From the NCBI GenBank assembly GCA_964199315.1, contig OZ116709.1, forward strand, positions 2,480,001 to 2,544,000: 64,000 nucleotides of DNA. Reading direction: 5' to 3'. The notes below the pieces were generated by a model, which worked only from the letters and a program-made list of their open reading frames with translations, was not told the origin of the DNA and searched no databases. Below, piece after piece: positions 1 to 11,814 of the stretch. This DNA comes from Orbicella franksi (lineage: Eukaryota). The stretch's first letter is position 1, and each line of letters starts with the position of its first letter. Made by a program: the position numbers and the translations under genes.

Positions 1-3000
1 CCATTTCTCTGTACATAATACGTCCCGCTTGGTTGGCCCTCTATCAATGACTGATCAATTCTAATACCCACGGACATAATTGCTAACAGATGTCGAAATA
101 TCAACAGTTCTCAAAAGAATCTATTTTTAAGCGACAATTTCCTGTAGGTTTACCAGCTATCACAATGCATGTCAATCAATTCAGTTATTCAGGCATTATA
201 TGCAACCCCAGGGAGCATCAAATCAAGACCTATTGTGTACCATTCATCTTTGTCCACCCCTCCAAACGAGGAATGGTCAGTCCCCAGAACAAACCCGGGA
301 ATAAAATAGCTGACTTTAAAACGCAAGTACTGTAAGTAGTGACCTGTGCTGGCAGGGGAGCGGAGGGGTACGGTGGGTGGTTCAGGGGGGGGGGGGGGGT
401 AGCCAAATTGAGGAGTACCCTAAGGCTTAAAATACACGTTCAAGGTAATACAATATACAACTGTACTAAGGTATAGTCTTTGATTGTCTGCAAGCTTAGA
501 GTCTGAAAATGTGTTTCTCTGTTTCAATGTGCCCAAGGTTTGTTTGACCAAGGAAACAACTATTTGTTATTTCCTGTAAATTGAATCTACTATTTGCACA
601 TAGCTGAATTAATCACTTGAGAAAGCCTGATTAAACTTTGCGTAAATTCAAGAGGTCTGTTACTTGAATCATTTCGGCGAGAGTATAGATATTTATAGCA
701 ACACAAATGAAGCAATTTATCATTATGTTAGCATTGCCTTATCACTGAGTCGACTCTTTCCAAAAGGCGCATTTTGCTGGAATACAAAGTAGATCATCTC
801 ACGGCACTAGAACAGATGAACAGTTTACAAGCCTGCATGTCATAAATACTCAATCAAAACGGCTCCAAAATTAATCATAAGATAACTACAACCTAAAATT
901 CTGATAACAATGTTTACTTTGCAGTTTTTAATTTAAAAAACCGACATATGATTGATACGTGTTATTACCTTTATCAGTGCAATATAAACTGAGTGTGCTA
1001 CAAAAAAAAAAACATCAATTTGCCAAACACATCTTTAGTTATATAGCTGAAGTTTCATGTTATCTACCACACACTTGTATTGGTTGATCGATGGTCACGT
1101 GGCAATGATGATAAATCGATGATGTCTCAAGCACAGTTGGAACCTGAACAAGATGAAACGTATACTTGTACTCCCCTGTGCGGCAGCGAAAATGACATAA
1201 CCCAGGGATCGGTCATCACTTTCACGTTTTTTATATGGAACTGCAGCATATGATAACATCGTGACACAAGCTGCCGTGATATTTTCATCACACTTGCGTG
1301 TCCCAAGTTTTCCTAGGGAAACAGATAGTTTTGTTTTTACTCCAATCTCGCTGTTGAGTTCCTGTTGGTTTCAATCTCGAGAAACGTCGGGATTCTCAGT
1401 GAAACAAAGCTGTATCCCAAGAAACTAGTGTATTAAAGTGTATAATGTCGAATCTTCGAGAGTTGTCAGCAAACTTTGTTCTTCAGGAAAGATACATTTG
1501 CGGATATTTTGTGAATACACAGCTTAGAGCTAAGAATAGCAAAACCTACTGATTAACTTATAAAGTTTTTTTGATCAAAATAAAGCCCTGTTAACAAACT
1601 ATGTACAAAGAATTCAAATCTTAATTCGCACAAACTACAGAATGTACATGTAACAGTGAATTAAAACTCTACAAGCTTACAGTACTGTTGAAAATTTATA
1701 AATAGGAGGAAAGCGACTCAATTAAATGAAGTTAGTGCTTGTTCACTAACATCAACAGGAAATTGAGCTAAAAGCAACTCTGTTTTTAAAAGAAAGAAAG
1801 AACATTACCAAGTGACAGACATCTACAATCCTTCTGTAAGAAAAATATTGAGAGAGGATGCACACCTTAGAAGGATTTAAAAGAAACTCAGGCTTAAAAC
1901 ATCGCAAGTTTACCAGACTGAAGGTTGAAAAGGTAACGAGGCGAGAACACAGGTTTATAAAGAACAGAGCCAGAACTTTCGCTGTCTTATCACTTCAAAT
2001 CTTCAGAAAAAGAGTTGAAAGTCACTCGGATCATGCCCACACACAATGATTTAAAGCTCGACTTGCGCATTCATTATTTAGACAAGTTGCAAAAGAGGAA
2101 GTAGGCTAAAAGAACTTACAAAACCATCAATGTTGGGATAAGGGATTAAGAGAGCCTCAAACGCTAAGACAGACAACCAGGAATCAAAGAAATAACGGTA
2201 CACATTACGACTTTTAAGGAGAGCTTAATTCAAGAGCGAATTGCTCCGTAATTACCGTATGGAGTTAATTAAAAGATAGGCAGCATCTGCAATTGTTATT
2301 GCTTGCACTGCGTCACTGAAGCAGCACATGATAACACAGATGTTTTTTCGATGATGATGACTATGGGACAGGTATGAACACACATACACAGTCTCCACAT
2401 GACATTATGTGCATAAGTGCACGTATAAAGCCAGTAGCTTGAAGACACCAAAGAAATTCCTTTCCTAAAGCTCCATATAGATCCAAACACTGCTACTTAA
2501 AAATTTTGACAAAGAGCTTAGTTTACGGGGCCTGATATAGTTTAATGTCTAATATATCATGGCAAACCTATCAGTCCCTGTGAAAGGTGTTCTACATGTA
2601 TAAACACTTGTAAGAAGTCAAAAACTAACATGGGTGTTTGAAACGATATGGACAAAACGATGCTAAAAGAAGGCCACAATGCCAGCAAAGTTCAGCCATT
2701 TGCAAATATCCTTACTATGGTGTCTGGGTAGTATTACAAAATCAAGACCTATGTACATTATCCATAGCTAAAGGTCATTTATTTACCAGCATCTTAAGTC
2801 TATTACTGGCTTCTCTTCATACTACTGTAGTTACTCACTACTACACGAGATTCTAAAACCTGTACAAAAGACATAAAAAGCAGACAAAGCTCTTTATGCT
2901 AGCTTCATACAGTGCAGAGCTATCAAGGCTTTATGGACTCAAAATGTTGCTCTACAGACCATCATGCATGACATGACATCAAGTCGTGGATTACTGTTAG

Positions 3001-4483
3001 GATATGCGTTGAGCAGACAATTAGTCTTACCTTCGATGAAATGGCCACAGAATTACTCAAATCCATCACAGAAGTCATCAAAACTACAGAAGTCATTAAT
3101 TCCCTGCCCAAATTATGATTTGTAGTTGACTGTTACGTGCAGCTGTATCACGAGTTAAAATTTCTTTTACAAGGGGGAAATCTTTCAGATCTTGAAAGGA
3201 AAAGTTAAAGCAGCAAAGTTCATGTCTCCAGTTGTGGCCCATTCAATGACCACAAAATGACAGACGACTCCTAGCTTTCTTCCCTTATAGCATATTAAAA
3301 GTTATCACTAATGGGTCAGGATACAAGCTGTCAATTTGACGAAAACTTGTACACAGAAGAATGTTTTCACTGTCAGCAAACATTCATGTTAAAAAAAACA
3401 CTAAGCAGGAAGGTGAGATGGCTAAACCTCAGGAAAAATATTAAAAAATTCCTGCATGTATTGCAAATAGTCAGAATCAAAAGATTATCGTAAATTTATC
3501 ACCCAAGACACATGTGCAAACTTTCCAATTTGGAGACTAAACAGAAGTGAAAACAAACCTACATCTAGATAAAGTTTGCCGTTCAGTCAAAAAAAAAAGG
3601 AACTTTGGGATCAAACTGAGACACCAATACAAACAAGACATACCTAGTTGAACTGATTCTTTGTTGTCAAGTAGTCAAGGTCAAATAGTTTTTGTTGTCA
3701 TTTGGGTTCAACGTTCCATTTTCAAGATCAAAATATACAAAGAGTGTTAATTAATACCTCAAACTCGTTGAACGCTCGACTATCAATGGCATTTGAGGAA
3801 TTGCATCTGAATATATGTTTCTGAATGCACAAGGAAACGACAGCTTAATAACTCAATTGATAATTTAAAAATAACTCACAAATGTTGAATTTCGAATCTT
3901 TGTACAATTCCCCAAAAGTCTCCCTAAACATCTTTCCAAGCGTCGAAGTCAGTATAAAAATGTTTGAAAAAACCTGTCACGCTTGTTATCAAAGTTCAGA
4001 ACTGAAAATGTTCCTAAGCCCTTGACTAATTATCCTGTTTTGGCCTTTTCATTGCACGCATCATCACTACTCCATGTTCCAAGGTATAACTTAAAATTTA
4101 CTGTTAGTATAAATAAATCATGCTAATTGTTCCTGGTAGATGACCTCCATAAAGCTTAGATCTAGACAGTATGTAATTTGCAAGCACCTAATTAGTTTGT
4201 TCCTGCCCCACTGATAGCAAATAGCTGTTAATCAGCATTGATAGCAATGGATTGAAGAAGTATTTCAGACCTTTTTGTAATTGATAAACAAACTCCCATA
4301 TAATGAACAACTGGCTGTACAGTAACATCCAAACTCAAATTACTAAATATGGTCACAACCACTTGACCAGTAAAAGAAATTTGGTAGATCTTTCTCACAT
4401 ATTTATAAATTAAGGAGTGTTAACTACATCATTCAGGGTACAATAGATCAAATTTAGAGATTCAATTAAAATATGATAAATAT

Positions 4484-4636
4484 AGCAAGTAGAGTATAGC
4501 ATTGTCTAGTAGCGTAAGTATCCCACATTGTAAGTAAGTAATGTGAGTGTTTGTGTTGTAAGTAGCGTGCTGTTGTAGTGGCATAAGTAGCTTGTAATTG
4601 AAAGTGATGTAAATAAAATAAATAAATAAATAAATA
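4484..4636 (+). mobile_element. Probable 3' end of a non-LTR retroelement ending in an (AAAT)n tail
   Basis: AT-rich segment ending in ...AAATAAAATAAATAAATAAATAAATA (4611-4636). No coding part recognised. Confidence 0.3.
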
Positions 4637-5230
4637 TGGTCAATACACTAGGGTTGATTACACTGTTAACGTTACATGTATAATAAATGTAAATCTTATT
4701 GCTGTTACTGTTAGTGTTTTTGTTGTTGTTGTTGTTGTTGTTGTCTGGTACGTATAAGAAAGCTTACCATATGGCTTACTGATTTCAAAGATAATGATGC
4801 ATACCCTAGAAAAGCCCTGCTCTTAACATTGCAGTTCTGTTACATTTGTAGATACTGCTGTATTGTACTGATGGTACATGTTTCAAAATCTAAATGTCAT
4901 TACTGAAAATAATGTCAGTTGCATTACTACAGGCCTAAACATTATGAACAGGCCATGAAGCTGTCAAATCTAACCTAAACTGCTATGAACAAATAGACTA
5001 ATAATTACGCCACAGTGATGTTCTAGTTACACATGAATCTAGTGACTGACTCATTTATGGTTGCAGAGTGTTTGACGGCCAGAGTGTTGGTAAGGGTAAT
5101 TAAAGCAAATTCATCAGTGTAAAAGGGTTCACAAGGTAGATTCATAAACACAAAGTGACTGATATAGGATCACATAATTAACATCTGCAAAAGCACAACT
5201 AGTATGAGAACAGAATAATACAACAACAGC

Positions 5231-5287
<57 letters not shown>
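5231..5287. repeat. (AAT)n microsatellite
   Basis: 19 perfect AAT units, with degenerate units to ~5306. Confidence 0.95.
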
Positions 5288-5288
<1 letters not shown>

Positions 5289-5573
5289 GTAATACCAATA
5301 ATAATAAATTAACATTTTAAGAGGAGGCCTCCAATCACCTAGAGATGTTTTTCAGGAGTGTCCTATAAAAAATAAAAGTCTAAAATATTCATAAAATGTC
5401 TAAAATACAGAATTAATAAAAGCTAAAAACTATTTAACTATTTATCAACCGTGCACCCCCCCCCCCCCACCCCAGGTTAGTATGGTACAGTAGCAATAAT
5501 CCTAGGCATGCGCTCACAAATCTGCCATAAGGCAGATGACAGAGTGCAAATTATACACAATTATTGGATTAGG

Positions 5574-5684
5574 TTTTCATGATATCCCGAATAATCAAGG
5601 TTGAGGTAAGTGTTACCAGCCAAAGCCGAAGGCTTCGGCTGATAACACTAACGGAGACCTCGATTATTTCGGATGTCACAAAAA
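5574..5684. repeat. Imperfect long palindrome (foldback/MITE-like)
   Basis: Left arm TTTTCATGATATCCCGAATAATCAAGGTTGAGGTAAGTGTTACCAGCCAAAGCC pairs with right arm GGCTTCGGCTGATAACACTAACGGAGACCTCGATTATTTCGGATGTCACAAAAA around a GAA loop. Confidence 0.75.
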
Positions 5685-5836
5685 CCGAATCTAATAATTG
5701 TTTTATTATACATTGTTTTAAAGAATTAACGACAAACACATTATTGCACCGAACACAGTTTGTTTTCAACAAGCCATGTTCTTACTTTCCTGTCCGAGAC
5801 CTTGACTTTGCTCTTTGAAATCATGCATTGCGCACG

Positions 5837-5892
5837 CAACCTACAGATTATTCACTAATCTGCTAGCAGATTAGTGAATAATCTGTAGGTTG
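5837..5892. repeat. Perfect 56-bp palindrome with no spacer
   Basis: CAACCTACAGATTATTCACTAATCTGCT|AGCAGATTAGTGAATAATCTGTAGGTTG; the arms are exact reverse complements. Confidence 0.95.
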
Positions 5893-6785
5893 TGCTGTTT
5901 CCCAGAATTAACTGTAGGCTTTTAGCCAATGAGGAGACAGATGGTGACTACAAAGTATAATAATATTAATGTTCTGAGCTTATAACAAAGGAAGGGAGGG
6001 GAATTGGAGGTATTAACAACAGAGTAAATCCTGGAAAAAAATAATGCTGACATGGGGTCAAGGAATTACTGGTGTATAGTATTAAATTGTCTATAGTACT
6101 TCCAAAGACTAGATTACTATTGTCTAATGATGACAGAGCGTCTGAATTTGTAGAAAATAGCGACACTGCCCATGGGGTGCAATGGAAGCATTGTTGACAG
6201 GGTTGGACGAACTTTTTAGGGTATCATAATTGATGGAAAGTTTCTATGGCGATGTATTTATCAACACAATGTATGTATGAGAATTGAGACAGGCAGACAA
6301 AAACAGGGCCATTTACCAGTTATCAGCCAGTACACTCATCATAATAGCTGTCTCATTATTGGCTTATCAGTTTCTAAGGAAGTCAAAGTAACTGGAATCA
6401 CAGGATTTTACATGTCTTTGTAGTCAAATAAAGGTGTAAACATTTTTGAGAGGAAAGGAATTTTTAGAGGTTTTAGTGGAATGTTTTAGACTCTGTAATA
6501 TGCTTTGTAAATGACAGATAATAATAAATATTATAAATATTGCATCATGACTGATCTTGTCAAACCATAATCATATTAACCCGTTATTTGCAAATTAAGA
6601 TGCTTTGCAGCAATTAAATGCCAATCACTTTCTTATTAACAACATTAGTTTATAAAATTACCAAAGAAATTGCTCTCAGTTTACAGTCAAAATCATCACA
6701 AGATTCATGCATTTGGCTCACATGTGACTTGAGAAAAGACTGACTTCAAATAACAAACACAACGGGGGAAAAAAAAAAAAACAGG

Positions 6786-6935
6786 TGTAAATTTTGCTCT
6801 TGGGCAAGTGAAAATAGAAGTTTGGTGCCCTGGTAGGCAAGTTAAATAGTAGTGTTGTGAGTCTGAGTGAAGATGTCAGCTTAACAAATGATAATGTCCA
6901 GTCAGAAACTGTTTCAAAACTTATGACTGCAAGAT
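6786..6935 (-). mobile_element. Dispersed repeat fragment; second copy in opposite orientation at ~24455-24722
   Basis: Its reverse complement aligns with 24458-24603 (shared ATCTTGCAGTC.TAAGTTTTGAAA, TTATCATTT.T.AAGCTGACAT, CAGACTCACAA, AACTTCTATTTTCACTTGCCCAAGAGCAAAATTT). Confidence 0.75.
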
Positions 6936-9679
6936 GAGCAAAACTGAATATGGATTAATTTAAAATCTAAGCATACTTTTTTTTGCGTTGATGACTTAAT
7001 TGATTTTTATACAGAGATGTTACTCAGTCATATTGATCCAGTAGATACGTGTTTCTATTAAAGCAAATTAACATTAGACATGATATTAGTGCCCGCTGGT
7101 CGACTGAAAACAATAACAAGAAAAAAAAAAAAAAAGTTCTCAATAAAATGGAGTAAAAAGCCCATTATTATTGGGAGTCCATGAAACATTGCCATGCATG
7201 TCATCCATCTCGTTCCCTCATTTTTTATCTCTATGAGTATAATAATAATATTATTTGTCATAAGAAAGGATGTTCCACTTTACTTCCACTTTACCTCAAT
7301 CAAAACAGAACAACAATATAGGACACCATTGTTGCAGTTATTGCCCTCAGGGGAATATTTCACCCAAAAAAAATACTTCAAGGAATTCATTTACAACATA
7401 CATACTGAGTTACTGAATTTAGTTTCACTTCTGGCAAATTGTTGCAAATTGAAAATCGTTCTATAAATTAACTAGCACTTGACAAAACAGCATGTGTAAA
7501 TCAATCAGTCAAAATTTATCTACAATACTTGGGGAATGATATCTGAGCCAAACAAGATTGAGTAGAGCTGGAATATCCCACCTTAACATTTCATAAAACA
7601 TGTTATGCTATATCTTACTATGAGTTAATTAATCATGATCCAGTGGCAAGAAAGCCGACACTGACATTGGTGACAGTGTTTTTCCTATTCTGAACCTTTG
7701 CTAACATATACATTACCCAACACCAAGCATTTGACTCACTACTCTTGAGTTAAAAAATAGCTTGTACCTGATCAGTTTGAAGTGTTCTTAGCATACACTG
7801 ACCTCTGTACATGACAAATGATGAAAATGGACAGGTAAATTTAACATGCCTAAAATAGCTTGAGTGTTGACTGCGTGAAACATGATAAGATTGATATTGT
7901 GCCACCATTCAACCTGACACAACATGAAAACACTTCACTGAACAAAACAGCATGACCTAGTAGTTTTTGGGCTAATGGGTTCGACCAATACAAAATTCAT
8001 GAAACTTAGAAAAACGCTTATTTTGATCAGAATGTCACTCACTCAATTATGCCTTTAAAAAATAGAGTTAAAACAAGCCCAAAACAGCTAGTTACTTATT
8101 TTTACCATTATAGCCAATAGCAAGTAGATGTAGATCCTTGATGTAATGCATGCTAAAAGATTTATAAAAAGCAGAATGGTTGCTAAGATATTATTTTTCC
8201 TGTGTTTATATTTTCTCATTTAACATCCCTGGAACAAGTAATTTTCTGTGATTACTCACTGATTAGTTCTAAATGCAAGGTATCTCAGAGAATACTCAAA
8301 TCCAGCAAGGTGAAATGAGTTAACTGGAGACAACATCAGTTAACTGCACCTTGAACCAGATTTCACAACTTATTTCAAAAGACAAAAAAATATTTTGATA
8401 ACCTACTCTCAAGTTTAGAAAATCCACTTTTAAGGAAAAAGTTGTCAGTGGCTGTTTTGAGTTCATAACCTCGCATGGCTTATCAACAATGATTGAAATA
8501 GACATCCTTGTCCATTACTATGATCGTAACACGTCGGGGTGTTTATGATAATGCAATTCTAATCACATTTCTAACTACACAGTTTCTAACTACACTTCAA
8601 ATTTACTTGGCTATTATGAAGTTATGATGGACGCAAATAGCACAGCTTCTCGACTGAAATATGTTCTCAACAAAACCTCTTCATAAATATTTGCGCATTT
8701 CTAAAACTTCCAAACAATTTGACTGCATGTCAGACAGCCAGGTTATCAAGATCAATCCAATTTATTGCAATCACGAAACTTCATTTAAACTTACAGGGAA
8801 TAAAATCAAAACCGCAAAACGAGCTTTCAAGGCCATTCAACAATTAATACCACATGGGGGCTGCCTAATGGAGTACAATTTTTCCAACATAAACATGTAC
8901 AGTGCTGAAAAATGCAACAGCGGAAATAGATGTTTACCAAACGACCTACTTATTGAGAGCGATATAATTCTTCGTAGATCACGAATGGAACCGTAATCTT
9001 ATTAACACTGGAAGTGTAAGGCACTTCTTTAGAACCTTTGTTGGATAATTTACCATGTTTGATTTCGAAAGTACCGATTAATTAATCCACAAGAAGAACA
9101 AAAACTAAACAGTGGTCGCATCGCGTGTTACAATTTCTGTTTACATCTCCCCAAGATTATTGCGGAAAGAGCGCTGAAAGAAAGCTGTTTTTAATACTTG
9201 AAGAACAAGATGAAATAACAAGAATGGGCATGCTATAACAAAATCATGCAAAATACAGACAACTATTTGCGTCCTGCAAGGTGCATCGCATATGTAAGAC
9301 TCAAATTTCGTCGAGAGGAAACTTGAAAAGTACAAACATGCACTCATTCCTTAGAGCTAAAAACAAGCAAACTTGAAACATCTGTAAAAGCGATTCTTTC
9401 CCAAAGTATATTTGGTTTTCCTTTTCATGTAAAAGCCGAAATTATTACCATTTTTGATTGTTTGCTCAAGGCTATTCAAAACACCACTATCAGTTGTAAA
9501 TTCGGCAGGTCGAAGGCAAAAGCTAACAAACATTCGAACTATGCCAATCGTCTTGACACAGCTAATGCAATTGTCGAATGTACTAGGTTCCTTTGCAGCT
9601 TGGGACTAATCTTATCATGGTTTTAAAAGCTTGCACATGCATACGTGTCGTTAATTCCATTTCCTTACTAGCTCGTTAC

Positions 9680-10006
9680 CTTTGACCAGTTGGGTTGGAG
9701 TTGTACTGCGTATCTGCCGTCTTCCAGCGCTCGTTCGAATTGCCGCGTTCGAATGAATGCCGCCGATCTGTTCCCATACAGTACATGATTCTGTGGATCT
9801 AGGTTGATCGCATCTGTATACAGCTCAACAGCGTGATCAAACTGTCCCCGCGAGCAAGCTTCCCCGGCTAACCTAGCTTTCTCCAAAAACACCGACCGGG
9901 CTTCGTCTGTTGCGGCTTGCGTCTGAAACCATCAAACGTAAATAAAGTAAAATTAAGACCGCCTACTTCAAAGAAACACTCGACTTGACTACCAAACATT
10001 TACCAT
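9680..10006 (-). CDS. TTC28: TTC28-like tetratricopeptide-repeat protein, 5' end only
   Basis: Exon 9922-9680 has a polypyrimidine/TTTCAG acceptor and a GTAACG donor. It encodes TQAATDEARSVFLEKARLAGEACSRGQFDHAVELYTDAINLDPQNHVLYGNRSAAFIRTRQFERALEDGRYAVQLQPNWSK, matching the first TPRs of TTC28 (F.EK.R...AC..G.F..A..LY..A...DPQN..LY.NRSAA). Candidate initiator exon CCATG|GTAAAT at 10006-10004 is phase-compatible. The next expected exon (AYFRQG...) was not found in 1-9679. Confidence 0.8.
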
Positions 10007-10520
10007 GGAAAATAGGAAAAGTCCATTAACGATAAAACTGGCCAGTAATTTAGCGGCCTGCAAAACGACCTACCAATATCATACCACTTATTGCGGTGAA
10101 TTATAAATTCCCGCTATCAATCTTAACGTGAAGTTACGTATGAAATTTCAGAGCAGTCCAATTTTCACGACAACATGGGCACAACAAAAAACAAAGACCA
10201 GGTTAAATTTTCATCATTGTCACCACGTTGGAAGTATAGGAGTTGTTGACAAGACATGTGCGAAGACTTAGAGGAAACTCAGTGCAAATTTAGCCGTAAT
10301 GATCCGTTAAAGTCAGCTCCTCGGGAGACCAACAAATATGCACAGAATTGCGAGTTTGTCAAACCTGCAATTTGTCGTCCTTTGAGGCTTTAGCCATCTA
10401 GCTCACTGGGGAGCACGGCAGAAGCTTTGAAGTATTTCCTGTTGTGTATAACATTCGCTCTAACCGAAAATACAATCCAAAATAGGTGCTCCATTACGTT
10501 ACGTCGTGGGACAAGCGCCG

Positions 10521-10581
10521 TGAGTCATCCATTTTGGAGACGATTTCGGTAAAGAACTCGGCCCAGCCTCCGGTGACGTCA
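10521..10581. promoter_or_regulatory. AP-1 (TGAGTCA) and full CRE (TGACGTCA) sites in a CpG-richer interval between divergent genes
   Basis: TGAGTCA at 10521-10527 and TGACGTCA at 10574-10581, ~0.5 kb upstream of the TTC28 start. Motif match only. Confidence 0.35.
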
Positions 10582-11814
10582 CAGCAAGTAACTGACAGCT
10601 TCACACTTCAATTGTTTCAAATAGGACAAGTTACTTAGCAAAGTGCAATAACAATTATACAAGCCTACAAATCCTTCCTTTATGAGGAGGGAAATGAAAA
10701 ATATCTTCAATTTCCTATCAAATAAAAAAAGAAATACTTATGTTAGGCGCTTTGTGCTGTAAACAACCAAGAAATATCTCAAAAGCAGGAAAAACTGGCG
10801 AGCCACTCATTTGCATGTAATTGTGTGATGAATTTGTGGTATTTTCTAATAGCATAATTATTTTAATGTCGCATTTTACTGTATATAATTTGAACAGGAT
10901 TCCATTAATCCAGACAAGAAGGAGATAAATGTCGTAACTCAGTTTCCTAACTGAATCTTGGAAATTTTGTATTTGCAAACGTGCTTTGATCTAAAAGTTG
11001 ACTTGAAGTTGCTGCATATCTGCAGCTTCTTCGAAACATGAGTTAGTCTTAAAAGCAACAGCTGGCTAGAGGCTATGCTTAAAAGTCAAAACAATGGAGG
11101 TAGTGTTAATGATTTTAGATCAGAACAATACGTTAAACGAATCAAACGGAAACACGGTTCAAAGAACGGAAACGTTGTTTTTGTGCTCAGAATTCTAATT
11201 ATCTTATTTTCAATTTCTTAACAGTTTCAGTCTGTTAAGACAGTCCGTTATCACCTCTGTTAATTAGATTCTAGCCACATCGCCGTAAGACAACACAGAA
11301 TGCGATATTGTTTCTAGAGCGTGTCAGTCTTCAACCTAAACAATCGAAATGAATAAGATAAGTTTAAAAAACAAATATACATTGTTTGAATTTCATCCAT
11401 GCGTTAACAACTTCGAACCACAGGAAGAGCTGTGATTATTCTTTCTTGTAGGTGTTGATGCCATTCTGCAACATGAACTTTATAAAGGTTATAACTTTGT
11501 GGGCGAGTCGCTGCCGGTCTTTACAGTATTTGTAATTGTACTTAAGCCCTTTAACATTTCCTCATTCCTTAAAAAAAGCAACTAATCAATATATAAATGT
11601 ATTTTAAATTATTGGCTGTTGCGCAAAGCTACTTCTAAGATATTAAACTGGCGTTCCACTTGACCTTCAGTAGAAATTTCACAAAATTATAACAAAAAGA
11701 AAGTTAGAATATAAAGGTAAAATTAAGTTCTACAGTTCGAATGAACCACTAAATTTTGAATGCATTTTTGCTTAACACGAGACTGCGCTTCTCCTCAAGC
11801 CTCCTTCCTTACAG

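Noticed and set aside
345-400. G-rich tract with a long G run (G-quadruplex potential)
   Set aside because: Similar G/C runs recur at repeat termini (5455, 14773, 19688), so it is probably a repeat end, and homopolymer length is error-prone.
2388-2489. 102-nt exon-like segment (-) encoding CLDLYGALGKEFLWCLQATGFIRALMHIMSCGDC inside the TTC28 intron
   Set aside because: Does not resemble the expected next TTC28 exon (AYFRQG...) and has no supporting neighbours; possibly cryptic.
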